NCBI GenBank assembly: GCA_050916045.1
Contig: CP051526.1
Span: 1,600,001 to 1,664,000 of the forward strand
Reading direction: 5' to 3'
DNA length: 64,000 bases
Source: Tepidisphaera sp.
Lineage (GTDB): Bacteria; Planctomycetota; Phycisphaerae; Phycisphaerales; UBA1924
Each line of letters opens with the position of its first letter. Within the stretch, counting starts at the first letter, position 1. Below are positions 1 through 9,754 of this stretch, piece by piece. A program made the position numbers and the translations under genes. The notes beneath the pieces were generated by a model that saw only the letters and a list, made by a program, of their open reading frames with translations, had not been told where the DNA came from and did not search any database.

Positions 1-942
1 GCCGCGGCGGTCATGAAGTTCCTCCCGCCTGAAGCGGTCGAAGAAGTGACGCGTGAACTGGCTTCGCTCGGACGCGTGCCGCGGCACCTGCAAGCGGCGG
101 TCGTCGAGGAGTTCTACGGGGTTTCGGTCGCGAGCGACAAGGTCGGCGAGGGAAACCTCGAGTTCGCCAGGGCTCTGCTCAAGAACTCGATGGACCCCAA
201 ACAGGCCGAGAAGGTGCTGGGGCAGATCCAGACGCAGGTGCAGCGCAAGCCGTTCAGCTTTCTCCAGCGAGCGGAGAGCGAGAACCTTCTGACGTTCATC
301 CAGGATGAGCATCCGCAGACGATCGCTCTGATTATCTGCCACATGCCGCACCACAAGGCGGCGGAGATCATCGGTGGCCTGCCGATGGCCAAGCAGTTGG
401 AAGTGATCAAGCGCGTCGCCAACATGGACCAGACCAACCCGGACGTGATCCGCGAGGTTGAGCGCGGGCTTGAGAGCCGCCTCTCGAGCATGCTCATGCA
501 GAGCATGGAGAAAGCCGGCGGCGTTCCGACGGTGTCGGAAATCCTGAACCTCGCGGACCGGGCGACCGAGAAGTCGATCCTGGAAGGCCTGGAAGCCGAG
601 GATCCGGACCTGGTCGAGCAGATCCGCCGCCTGATGTTCGTCTTCGAGGACATCAAGATGGTGAACGACAAGGGCATCCAAGCGGTGCTCAAGGAAGTCG
701 ACAACCACGAACTGGCGCTGGCGCTCAAGACCGCGAGCGAGGATCTCAAGAACAAGATCTTCGGGAACATGTCCGAACGTGCTTCGGGCATGATCAAGGA
801 AGACATGCAGTACATGGGTCCGGTGAAGGTCAGCGACGTGGAAGCGGCCCAGCAGCGTGTCGTCGACATCGTTCGAAGGCTCGAGGAGTCGGGCGAGGTG
901 GTCATCCAGGGCCGCGGCGGCGACAGCGAGCTTCTGGTGTGA
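1..942 (+). CDS. fliG: Flagellar motor switch protein FliG (5' truncated; frame open from base 1)
   Basis: EHPQTIALI, GGVPTVSEILN, LMFVFEDI and GPVKVSDVEAAQQRVV motifs; first gene of a fliG-H-I-J run. Confidence 0.95.
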   Translation, partial: AAAVMKFLPPEAVEEVTRELASLGRVPRHLQAAVVEEFYGVSVASDKVGEGNLEFARALLKNSMDPKQAEKVLGQIQTQVQRKPFSFLQRAESENLLTFIQDEHPQTIALIICHMPHHKAAEIIGGLPMAKQLEVIKRVANMDQTNPDVIREVERGLESRLSSMLMQSMEKAGGVPTVSEILNLADRATEKSILEGLEAEDPDLVEQIRRLMFVFEDIKMVNDKGIQAVLKEVDNHELALALKTASEDLKNKIFGNMSERASGMIKEDMQYMGPVKVSDVEAAQQRVVDIVRRLEESGEVVIQGRGGDSELLV

Positions 943-992
943 GTGTTCGGCCCTCGGGCTTGAACTCCCCGATGTGAAACGCGAAAGATCTC

Positions 993-1751
993 ATGGCACT
1001 CATCCGTCAGTCATCCTGGACTCCTTCGAACCGCCCGGCGGTGGTGATGCATCTCGGCGACCTGCGCGAGCGGGCCGCCGCCGTGGAACGCGAAGCGGCG
1101 CAGCAGGCGGCTTCGATCATGGCGGACGCGAGCACCAAGCGGGCGGGGATGCTCGAGGGTGCGAAGGAGCAGGGGTACCGCGAGGGCCTGGCCAAGGGGA
1201 TGGCCGACGGACGTGCCAAGGGTGAAGCGGAGGGTCACGCGGCGGCGATGGCGGCTTCGCGGGCGCGGCTGGCGGAAATCGAAGGCCGCTGGATGGCGGG
1301 CGCGGCGGAGTTCGAGGTAGCCCGCGAGCGGATGCTCAGCGAGGCGCGTCAGGACCTGCTTCGACTTGCGATTCAGATCGCGGAGCGTGTGATCAAGAGC
1401 CGGATCGAGACGGACCCGATGATCGCGGCGGCACAGCTTGAAGCGGTGCTCGGGATGATCATGCGTCCGTCGAACCTGACGATCGCGATCAATCCGGAGG
1501 ACGAAGCGGTGCTCCGCGAGGCGATGCCGTCGATGGTGGGCCGGTTCGCGGCGGCGCAGCACATGGAACTGGTGCGGGAGCCGAGCCTCCCCCGCGGGTC
1601 GTGCGTGGCGCGGACGACGGGCGGCGAGATTGACGCTTCGATCTGGAGCCAGCTCGATCGCGTCGCCGAGACGCTGCTTTACGGCGGGCTGACGCGCGAT
1701 ACGGGCCGCGGGACGGAGCCGCCGGCGGAGAGCAAGGGGAACGAGTCATGA
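993..1751 (+). CDS. fliH: Flagellar assembly protein FliH
   Basis: AxxxGxxxG repeats (GYREGLAKGMADGRAKG); C-terminal INPED...GSCVARTTGGEIDAS; lies between fliG and fliI. Confidence 0.9.
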   Translation: MALIRQSSWTPSNRPAVVMHLGDLRERAAAVEREAAQQAASIMADASTKRAGMLEGAKEQGYREGLAKGMADGRAKGEAEGHAAAMAASRARLAEIEGRWMAGAAEFEVARERMLSEARQDLLRLAIQIAERVIKSRIETDPMIAAAQLEAVLGMIMRPSNLTIAINPEDEAVLREAMPSMVGRFAAAQHMELVREPSLPRGSCVARTTGGEIDASIWSQLDRVAETLLYGGLTRDTGRGTEPPAESKGNES

Positions 1752-3109
1752 CGACGATCGCGGACGCGATGGACATGCTGACGGAGTTGCAGCCGATGCG
1801 TGTGAGCGGCCAGGTGGCTTCGCTCCGCGGGATGACGGTGCTCGTGGATGATCTTCCGATGCCCGTGGGCTCGCTGGTGTCGATGGGCAAAGGCGGGGCG
1901 CTCGGTGAGGTGGTGGGTTTCCAGCGTGAACAGTCGATCGTGATGCCGCTCGGGTTGACGTCGGGGCTGTGCGCCGGCGACCGGGTCGTCGGGTTGCAGA
2001 CAAGCCCGACGGTCGGTGTGGGCGAGAGCCTTCTCGGCCGCGTCATCGACGGGCTGGGGCGTCCGATCGACGGTCTGGGCCAGGGACATCGCATCCCGGG
2101 GCTGGTGCCGCGGCCGATCAATCCCAAGCCGCTTCAGCCGATGGAGCGCGGGCGGATCACCAAGCGTCTGTCCATGGGGCTTCGGAGCGTCGACCTGATG
2201 ACGCCCATCGGCCGTGGGCAGCGCATGGGGATCTTCGCGGGTCCGGGCGTGGGCAAGAGCACGCTTCTTGGATCGATGGTCAAGCAGTCAGACGCGGATG
2301 TGTGCGTGGTGGCTCTGATCGGCGAGCGTGGCCGCGAGGTGAAGGACTTCGTCGAACACGCGCTTGGGCCCAAGGGTCTGGAGCGGTCGGTGGTGGTTGC
2401 GGCGACGGGCGATGAGAGTCCGTCGATGCGGCTTCGTGCCGCGAAAGTGGCGTGCACGGCGGCGGAGTTCTTCCGGGATCGTGGCCGGGACGTGCTGCTG
2501 GTGATGGACTCGGTGACGCGTTTCGCGCACGCCCAGCGGCAGATCGGGCTGTCGATCGGTGAGCCTCCGGCGACGAAGGGGTACACGCCGAGCGTGTTTG
2601 CGCAGATGGCGCTGCTTCTCGAGCGTGCAGGGGCGATCGAGAAAGGTCCGAGCGGGCTGCCGGGGTCGGTGACGGGCCTTTACACGATCCTGGTCGAGGG
2701 CGACGACATGACCGAGCCGATCGCGGACGCGGCTCGCGGTATTCTGGACGGGCACCTGATCCTGTCGCGCAAGCTTGCTCAGAAAGCGCACTACCCGGCG
2801 GTGGATGTGCTCGATTCGATCAGCCGTATCGCGGACGACATCGCGGACAAGGAGCACATCGAAGCCCGTCAGCGGGCGGCGCGGCTTCTCGCGCTCTACC
2901 GCGAGGTGGAGGACCTGGTGCAGATCGGGGCGTACGCCCGTGGGAGCAGCGTGGAGCACGACGTGGCGATCGAGGTGACTCCGGCGATCAACGCGATGCT
3001 CCGCCAGGGGCGCGGCGACGTGTCGGACTTCGTGAAGGCGCGGGCGGACCTGATCGCTCTGACGCGGGTGGCCTTTGACCAGATCGACAAGGGACGCAGG
3101 AAGAAGTGA
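1748..3109 (+). CDS. fliI: Flagellar export ATPase FliI
   Basis: Walker A GPGVGKS, ALIGERGREV, MDSVTRFAHAQR, ILDGHLILSR; ATGA overlap with fliH. Confidence 0.95.
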   Translation: MTTIADAMDMLTELQPMRVSGQVASLRGMTVLVDDLPMPVGSLVSMGKGGALGEVVGFQREQSIVMPLGLTSGLCAGDRVVGLQTSPTVGVGESLLGRVIDGLGRPIDGLGQGHRIPGLVPRPINPKPLQPMERGRITKRLSMGLRSVDLMTPIGRGQRMGIFAGPGVGKSTLLGSMVKQSDADVCVVALIGERGREVKDFVEHALGPKGLERSVVVAATGDESPSMRLRAAKVACTAAEFFRDRGRDVLLVMDSVTRFAHAQRQIGLSIGEPPATKGYTPSVFAQMALLLERAGAIEKGPSGLPGSVTGLYTILVEGDDMTEPIADAARGILDGHLILSRKLAQKAHYPAVDVLDSISRIADDIADKEHIEARQRAARLLALYREVEDLVQIGAYARGSSVEHDVAIEVTPAINAMLRQGRGDVSDFVKARADLIALTRVAFDQIDKGRRKK

Positions 3110-3124
3110 CGGACGCGGTGACGC

Positions 3125-3598
3125 ATGGCGAAGTTCAAGTTCCAACTCGAAGCGGTGCTGCGTCAGCGGGCGGCGATCGAGCGCACCAAGCGCCTCGCCG
3201 TGGCCGCGCTGGAGACCGAACGCAACGCAGCGGAGGAAGAGATCCGCGAGTGTCAGCGGTCGATCGACCGCGAGAAAGCCATGATGCGGGACATGCTCCG
3301 CGGCGGCGGGGTTGTCGATCTGCGCGGCGTGCGGATGCAGGCGGGAAGCTCGCTTGCGATGATGGGCGCGGCGAGCCGGGCGGTTTACAAGCTCGGGGGC
3401 GTCCAGCGGCGGCTTGAACTCGCCCGTGCGGAGCTGCTCAAGGCGTCGACGGCGAGGAAAGCAGTCGAGACGCTCCGCGAGCGGCGGTATGAAGCCTGGC
3501 TTCTTGAACAGAAGAAACGCGAGGATGCGGCCCTGGACGAGATGGCGGTGATCCGCGGATCGCGCGAGCGGGACGATGAACAGACGGAGGCGGCATGA
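3125..3598 (+). CDS. fliJ: Flagellar export chaperone FliJ
   Basis: MAKFKFQLEAVL start, coiled coil, KKREDAALDE end; directly after fliI. Confidence 0.85.
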   Translation: MAKFKFQLEAVLRQRAAIERTKRLAVAALETERNAAEEEIRECQRSIDREKAMMRDMLRGGGVVDLRGVRMQAGSSLAMMGAASRAVYKLGGVQRRLELARAELLKASTARKAVETLRERRYEAWLLEQKKREDAALDEMAVIRGSRERDDEQTEAA

Positions 3599-4353
3599 AC
3601 AAGCTCTGGACGATTCTGAGCGTGGTGGGCGTGGCGAACTTCTTCGCGGTGTGCGGGTTTGTCGGCTGGCTTGCCGCGACGGACCGGCTGAACCTTGACC
3701 GCGTGCGCGCGGTGAAAGATGCCCTGTCGGAGACCGCGGCGGACGAGGCGGCACGCCTTGAGGCTGATGCAAAGGCCAAGGAAGCCGAGACGAAGCTCCT
3801 AGAGGTGAAAGCCAAGGAGCAGAAGCCGACGATGACTGCGCAGGAGAAGCTCGCGGTCCGCTTGGAAGCGACCGAGCTCGACATGCAGCGGTTCAAGAAG
3901 CTTCAAAGCGACATCGAAGCGATGCAGACCAACCTTCGGGCCCAGTCCGAGCGGCTGATCGCGGAGCGGTCGGCGTTCGAGAAGGAAAAGGCGGCGTTTG
4001 ATGCGCTGCGCAAGGAAGTGGAAGCCAAGACCGGCGATGCGCAGTTCCGCAAGACCCTCGCCGTGCTTGAGGGGATGGATACGAAGAACGCGGTGGCGAC
4101 GGTGAAAGAGATCATCGCGGGGATCTCTCCGGAAGCGGCGCTGGGTCTGCCGGCGACGGGGAATACGTCGCTTGAATCCGCGGCGGCGACGGGCGAGGAC
4201 CGGGCGCTGCGGTACCTCAACGCGATGACGCCCTCGACGCGCACCGAGATGCTGAACCTGATGGCCAAGGGTGAGCCGGCGTTGGCAGCGAAGTTGCTGG
4301 AACGCCTCCGGACGTACGGGACTTTGCCCGCGTCCGGGAACAAGACTCCATGA
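3595..4353 (+). CDS. MotE/FlbB/YlxF-like flagellar protein (N-terminal TM, coiled coil, MgtE_N-like tail)
   Basis: Position between fliJ and fliK; LEGMDTKNAV and YLNAM...AAKLLERL segments resemble this family. Confidence 0.55.
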   Translation: MNKLWTILSVVGVANFFAVCGFVGWLAATDRLNLDRVRAVKDALSETAADEAARLEADAKAKEAETKLLEVKAKEQKPTMTAQEKLAVRLEATELDMQRFKKLQSDIEAMQTNLRAQSERLIAERSAFEKEKAAFDALRKEVEAKTGDAQFRKTLAVLEGMDTKNAVATVKEIIAGISPEAALGLPATGNTSLESAAATGEDRALRYLNAMTPSTRTEMLNLMAKGEPALAAKLLERLRTYGTLPASGNKTP

Positions 4354-6047
4354 CGAATTCGACGATCGCGGCGACTGAAACTCGGGTGCAGGCTTCCCCG
4401 ACGCGTGCGAAGCATGCGCAAGCGGGCGATGAAGGGAGCTTTTCTGCTGTTCTGGCGCTCAAACTCGGGATGGGCCTGAACGCGGCGGTCGAGGTGGCGC
4501 AGAGCCTGCCGCTGGAAGCGCGGGAAACGACGGCGGAACCTGCGCGGGACCCGGCCAAGACGAGTGAACCCCAGTCGGCCCAAGAGCCAGCGGACTCGCA
4601 GGACGAAACCATCGCGGACGGCTTCGAAGCTGGTCCGGCTGAATCGAACTTGGCGACCAAAGCCGACGCGAAAGATGCCGCGGAGGCGAAGCGGGCGGAC
4701 AACGCCGGGCAGGCGAAAGCGGAAGCTCAGGCGGAGCAGGGGGCGGACCAAGCGGCCAACCAGCGGGAGGGGCAGCGGGTCGAGACGCTGACGGACTCGG
4801 AGCAGGCGGCTCGGGCAAGCCAGCAGACGCCGGTGAGCCAGAATCCGCTGGCGAAGGCATCCGCGAAGGCGGACTCCAAGCCGCAAGCGGCTTTGGCCGT
4901 GGGCGGCGCGGAGCGATCAACGTCCGAGACGACATCGACGCTGATCGCGGGAAAGCAGACTCGGCCCATGGGGGCCAAAGCGGGCAAGCTTGGCAAGGGT
5001 GAAACCGAGGATGTTGCCGCCGAACGTGCTCCGCAGGCGCGGGACCCGCTTGGGTTGATCCGCGAGCGGCAGCCGGAGCCCGTCCAAGCGTCCCCGATTG
5101 AACACGGCGGTGAGAAGAAGCAGAAGGAACCGTCGCCGACGGCGGATCTTGGACTGGTCCAGCCCCGTCACGCGGAACCGACGCGGGCGCGGTTCGCGGA
5201 TGCCTCGCAGGAACAAGCGGCGCGAGCCGCCGCGTCGTCGACGCCGGTGCAGGTTGGCACGCCCGTCGGAGCGGCACCGCAAGCTTTGGGCACGCCTGCG
5301 GTCGGCGGGTCGTCCGGTCGCGTGGGCGGTGTCGCCGCTCCGAGCGGGAGCGGCGGCGCGGGCGTGGGCGGAGCTGGCGTGGGCGGCGGCGGCGGTGCGG
5401 GCGGTGGGGCGGGCTTTGGGCATGAATTCGGCGGCCTTTTCGCGGGCGGGCGTGCGTTCGGGGTTGGCTTTGGAACGCCGGCGAAGGGCAAGACCGCTGT
5501 GGGCGTCGCGTCGGCCAAGGGTGAGAGCAAGGAGCAGATCCAAGCTCAGATCTCCCGGGGCCTTGCGGCGGCGCTGCGTCAGAAGGGCGGGGTGATGTCC
5601 CTCCGCCTCAATCCCGAGCATCTTGGATCGATGAAGATCGACCTCACGATCGAGGGCGGGCGCGTGACGGCGACGTTTGACGCACAGAGCGAGCAGGCCC
5701 GGCAGGCACTTCGGGACGGCGTGGATGGCCTCAAGCGGTCGATCGAAGAAGCGGGGCTGACCGTCAAGTCGATCGACGTGGTCGGGACGACTCCCCTCGC
5801 CACGACCAACCCGGCTTCAAGCCGGGATGACCGCTCCTCGCAGACGGCCGGGGATGCGACCGGCCAGCACGGCCAGAACGGTGACCAGTCGGGCGGCAAG
5901 GAGCGACGCGAACATTCCGCGCCAAGGGCGCAGGAACAGCCTGAAGCGCAGGTGTCGCCGGAGGCGGTCGGCCCCGGGGGCGTCTGGGCGGAGGAGGACG
6001 GTTCGGCATCGGGATTGCTGAGGCTTCGCGTGGACGCGGTGGTGTGA
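4350..6047 (+). CDS. fliK: Flagellar hook-length control protein FliK
   Basis: Long low-complexity Ala/Gln/Gly region followed by LRLNPEHLGSMKIDLTI (Flg_hook domain). Confidence 0.88.
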   Translation: MTNSTIAATETRVQASPTRAKHAQAGDEGSFSAVLALKLGMGLNAAVEVAQSLPLEARETTAEPARDPAKTSEPQSAQEPADSQDETIADGFEAGPAESNLATKADAKDAAEAKRADNAGQAKAEAQAEQGADQAANQREGQRVETLTDSEQAARASQQTPVSQNPLAKASAKADSKPQAALAVGGAERSTSETTSTLIAGKQTRPMGAKAGKLGKGETEDVAAERAPQARDPLGLIRERQPEPVQASPIEHGGEKKQKEPSPTADLGLVQPRHAEPTRARFADASQEQAARAAASSTPVQVGTPVGAAPQALGTPAVGGSSGRVGGVAAPSGSGGAGVGGAGVGGGGGAGGGAGFGHEFGGLFAGGRAFGVGFGTPAKGKTAVGVASAKGESKEQIQAQISRGLAAALRQKGGVMSLRLNPEHLGSMKIDLTIEGGRVTATFDAQSEQARQALRDGVDGLKRSIEEAGLTVKSIDVVGTTPLATTNPASSRDDRSSQTAGDATGQHGQNGDQSGGKERREHSAPRAQEQPEAQVSPEAVGPGGVWAEEDGSASGLLRLRVDAVV

Positions 6048-6081
6048 GGGGAAGTGACCTGGAACCTTGCGGAGAAAAGCC

Positions 6082-6495
6082 ATGAGTGCGATCAGCGGAT
6101 TCGGGACCAATTCGAACGTCGGCCAGGGGATGAGCGGTCTGACGACCGAGGACTTCACCAAGCTGATCCTGACCGAACTGACCAACCAGGACCCGCTTGC
6201 ACCCAACGACACGAACACCCTGCTGCAGCAGATGTCGACGCTTCGGTCGATCCAGAGCAACATGGATCTCTCGAACAACCTCTCGGACATCACCGCGCAG
6301 AACGAGTTCATCGCCGCGGCGGGGATGATCGGCAAGCGGGTCGAGGGTCTCAACCTTGACCTTGAGCGCGTGACCGCCGAGGTGGAGTCGGTCTCTCGCA
6401 CGCAGGGAGGGATCGTGCTCAACCTGGTCGGCGGCGACCGGATGCCGATGTCGTACCTCGACAGCGTGCGCGGCAACGAAGAAGCCAACCCGTAA
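6082..6495 (+). CDS. flgD: Flagellar hook capping protein FlgD
   Basis: DFTKLILTELTNQDPLAP and MIGKRV motifs. Confidence 0.92.
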   Translation: MSAISGFGTNSNVGQGMSGLTTEDFTKLILTELTNQDPLAPNDTNTLLQQMSTLRSIQSNMDLSNNLSDITAQNEFIAAAGMIGKRVEGLNLDLERVTAEVESVSRTQGGIVLNLVGGDRMPMSYLDSVRGNEEANP

Positions 6496-6528
6496 GGCTG
6501 AGCAAAGCGGAAGACGAGGAGCATCACC

Positions 6529-6984
6529 ATGAGCGTTCAGATGGATCTTCTTCGAAAGCTCGGCTCGGGTGTCAAGCCCGCGGGTGAGTCGATCACCGGG
6601 ACGCTGGGTCGGGCCGGGATCGGCTCGGCGGGGTTCGCCGATCTGCTCAAAGCGGCTTCGGCCGGCGAGATTCAGAGCGGGCGGCCGGTCGGGGTCGAGA
6701 AGGACTCGGACCTTGAACTGACCGAAAGCCAGCGGACCAAGCTCGCCGCGGCGGCGGACAAAGCAGAGCTTGCGGGGTCGTCCCGCGTGCTTGTCGAAGC
6801 GGACGGGGAGTGGTTCAAGATCGACGTGGGTACGCGGACGGTGAGCAAAGCGTCGGCGATCAAGGCCGGCGAGATGCTGACGGGCATCGATGCGGTCATG
6901 GCCGAGGCCAGGCAGGAGGGGCCCGTTGAACCGACGGGCGCGGACCTGCTGGGCAAGCTCGGGCGGAACGTGGGCAAGCGGTAA
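6529..6984 (+). CDS. Flagellar operon protein (TIGR02530-like)
   Basis: Lies between flgD and flgE; KLAAAADKAELAGSSRVLV...IDVGTRTV pattern. Confidence 0.6.
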   Translation: MSVQMDLLRKLGSGVKPAGESITGTLGRAGIGSAGFADLLKAASAGEIQSGRPVGVEKDSDLELTESQRTKLAAAADKAELAGSSRVLVEADGEWFKIDVGTRTVSKASAIKAGEMLTGIDAVMAEARQEGPVEPTGADLLGKLGRNVGKR

Positions 6985-7044
6985 CGAACTGGAACACCAA
7001 CCAAAGCCGCGGGGACCGCGGCTGATCTACTGAGGAGTCTGACG

Positions 7045-8772
7045 ATGGGATCGACGACGGCACTGTTTACGGGTCTGAGCGGGCTGAACGCCAACAGCCG
7101 GAACATGGACGTGATCGGCAACAACATCGCGAACGTGAACACGACGTCGTTCAAGTCGTCGCGGATGCTCTTCAGTTCGATGTTCTCGCGGACGATGTCG
7201 ATGGGCGGGCCGCCCTCGGACATCAGCGGCGGCACCAATCCGCGGCAGATCGGTCTGGGTGTCCAGGTCGCGGGGACGCAGCGGAACTTCGCCACGGGCA
7301 ACTTCACGACGACGGGCGACCCCCGCGACATGGCGATCGAGGGGAACGGGTTCTTCGTGGTGCAGTCGGGCAACTCGCGCAATTACACGCGGGCCGGATC
7401 GTTCCGCCAGAATCTCGAGAACGACCTTGTGACCGTCGGCGGCGAGCGGCTGATGGGCTGGGGCGTGGATGCGTCCTGGAACGTCGTCCGCGGCGACCTC
7501 CAGCCGGTGAATATCCCGATCGGGCAGATGACCATCGCGGAGCAGTCGCGGGTGGCGACGTTCTCGGGCAATCTTCGGGCGAACGGCTCGCTGCCGACGA
7601 CCGGGGCGGAGCTGACGCTTTCGGGCACGGACACGTCCGGGCTGCTTCTGGTGGGCGGCGGTTTCGCGGCGGCGGGCTCGCTTCTGACGAACATCGAGGA
7701 TCCCGCGCTTCCGGGCAGCGGCACCGCGTTCTACACGGCGGGACAGCAGATCCGGATCACCGGGGCGACCAAGGGCGGGCGGCTGATCCCCGACGCGACG
7801 ATGACGGTCGCGGCGGGCACGACGGTCCAGGATGTCATGACCTTCATCGAGACGACGCTCGGCATCACGTCGGGCGTGGTGAACCCTGACGGTTCGACCT
7901 CGGGCGTGACGATCGACGCGACGGGCAACATCAATATCGTTGGCAACGTCGGCACGACGAACGACATCGTGATGGGCGCGGGCAACATCACGCGGCTGAC
8001 AGCGGGCGGGTCCCAGTTGGGGTCGGCGTTCGCGAGCACGAAGACGGCGACGGCGGACGGGGAGAGCGTGCGAACGACGCTTGTGGTGTACGACTCCCTG
8101 GGCACGCCGATCAACATGGATCTGAATCTGGTGATGCAGTCGATCAACTCGACGGGCGGCACGACGTGGTCGTGGCAGGCGGAGTGCATCGACGATGACG
8201 ATGTGAGCCCGATCGTGGGCTCGGGCACGGTGAGCTTTGACTCCGACGGCCAGCTTGTGCCCGGATCGTCGATGAGCGCGAGCATCGATCGCACGTTGGC
8301 GGGCGCGGGTTCGCCGCTTGCGATCGACATCCGTTTCGCGGACGATCAGGACATGGTGCGGTCGCTTGCGGATCAGAGTTCGACGCTGACGGGCCGTGCG
8401 GACGGTTCTCCGATCGGGACGCTCCGCGGGTTCGGCGTGGCTCCGGACGGGATGATCATCGGCACCTTCAGCAACGGGCTGTCGCGGACGCTGGGGCAGA
8501 TCCCGCTGGCGACGTTCACCAACCCCGAGGGGCTGGTCGACATGGGGAGCAACATGTTCACGGTGAGCGGCAACAGCGGCTCGGCGATGGTGAACGAACC
8601 GGGCACGCTTTCGGCGGGTCAGGTGATCGGCGGGGCGCTTGAGACCTCGAACGTCGACCTCGGCCAGGAGTTCATCGGGCTGATCACGGCCCAGACGGGG
8701 TACTCGGCCGCGACGCGGGTGATCAGCACGACCAACGAGATGTTCCAGCAGCTCCTGGCTCTGGGCCGGTAA
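7045..8772 (+). CDS. flgE: Flagellar hook protein FlgE
   Basis: GLSGLNAN..MDVIGNNIANVNT start; DMAIEGNGFF; LETSNVDLGQEF end; SD GAGGAG at 7032-7037. Confidence 0.95.
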   Translation: MGSTTALFTGLSGLNANSRNMDVIGNNIANVNTTSFKSSRMLFSSMFSRTMSMGGPPSDISGGTNPRQIGLGVQVAGTQRNFATGNFTTTGDPRDMAIEGNGFFVVQSGNSRNYTRAGSFRQNLENDLVTVGGERLMGWGVDASWNVVRGDLQPVNIPIGQMTIAEQSRVATFSGNLRANGSLPTTGAELTLSGTDTSGLLLVGGGFAAAGSLLTNIEDPALPGSGTAFYTAGQQIRITGATKGGRLIPDATMTVAAGTTVQDVMTFIETTLGITSGVVNPDGSTSGVTIDATGNINIVGNVGTTNDIVMGAGNITRLTAGGSQLGSAFASTKTATADGESVRTTLVVYDSLGTPINMDLNLVMQSINSTGGTTWSWQAECIDDDDVSPIVGSGTVSFDSDGQLVPGSSMSASIDRTLAGAGSPLAIDIRFADDQDMVRSLADQSSTLTGRADGSPIGTLRGFGVAPDGMIIGTFSNGLSRTLGQIPLATFTNPEGLVDMGSNMFTVSGNSGSAMVNEPGTLSAGQVIGGALETSNVDLGQEFIGLITAQTGYSAATRVISTTNEMFQQLLALGR

Positions 8773-8833
8773 GGCTCCGAGGGCGCAGCGGCCGACGGGT
8801 GGCCGGCGAGCGGAGCGGCGCAGACAGTGACGC

Positions 8834-9754
8834 ATGACTGAGACGCAGATTCATGTGGGCGGTTCGGGTCCGTCGCCGACGCGTGTGCTGCTGCTGGTGC
8901 TCGGACTGGTGTTCGGCGTGGAGATCAGCATCATGCTGATCTTCACGGCGTTTCCGGGGTTGGTGAGCGGCGATTTTCTCAGGTCGCTTGTGGATGCGGC
9001 GACGCTGACGGCGGTGATCGCGCCGGCCCTGTGGATGATCGTGGTGCGACCGCTTCGGGCGCTCTTTGAGGAGCGAGGGCTGCTGCTTTACCGGGTGATT
9101 CATTCGCAGGAGCGGGAGCGTGCGTCGCTGGCGCGGGACCTGCACGACGACGTGGGGCAGCATCTGATGGTGGTGCTTCTGGGGATCAGCGCGGCCGAGC
9201 GTGCGACGGATCTGGACTCGGCTCGGTCGAGCCTGCGGGAAGTGCGTGCGATGACGACCCGGAGCGTGGAAGCGGTCCGGCGGCTTGCCCGCGGTCTGGG
9301 GCCTGGCGTGCTTGAGGGCCTCGGGCTTCGCGCGGCGGTCGAGCGGCTGTGCGAGGATCTGTCGTCCACCTCGCCGGCGAAGTTCGAGGTGAGCACGAAC
9401 GTGGATGCGGGTGTGCGGTTTGAGCCGGACATCGAGATCTCGGTGTATCGGATCGCGCAGGAAGCGTGCACGAACGTGGTCAAGCATGCGGAAGCGACGC
9501 GTGCGGAGATCAGGCTCATACTGACGGACGAGGTCCTCACGCTTGAGGTTCGTGACGATGGCCGAGGGCTGGAAGCGTCGGCCGTCGGGAGCGGATCGGG
9601 GCTCGGGCTCACGGGCATTCGTGAGCGGGCGCTGTCGCTGGGCGGTGAAGCGACGGTGCGTTCGGCTCGCGGGGAAGGGACGACGGTGCGGGTTGCGATT
9701 CCTGGCGTGGTGGTCACGGGCCGGGGGGGCGGCGTGGAAGGGAGCAAGCCGTGA
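8834..9754 (+). CDS. Membrane sensor histidine kinase, NarX/HisKA_3 type
   Basis: Two TM helices; ERASLARDLHDDVGQ H-box; QEACTNVVKHA, DDGRG and GLGLTGIRER boxes. Confidence 0.92.
   Translation: MTETQIHVGGSGPSPTRVLLLVLGLVFGVEISIMLIFTAFPGLVSGDFLRSLVDAATLTAVIAPALWMIVVRPLRALFEERGLLLYRVIHSQERERASLARDLHDDVGQHLMVVLLGISAAERATDLDSARSSLREVRAMTTRSVEAVRRLARGLGPGVLEGLGLRAAVERLCEDLSSTSPAKFEVSTNVDAGVRFEPDIEISVYRIAQEACTNVVKHAEATRAEIRLILTDEVLTLEVRDDGRGLEASAVGSGSGLGLTGIRERALSLGGEATVRSARGEGTTVRVAIPGVVVTGRGGGVEGSKP

Noticed and set aside
5340..5470. Gly-rich G-tract repeat in fliK
   Set aside because: Ordinary low-complexity linker of a hook-length ruler protein
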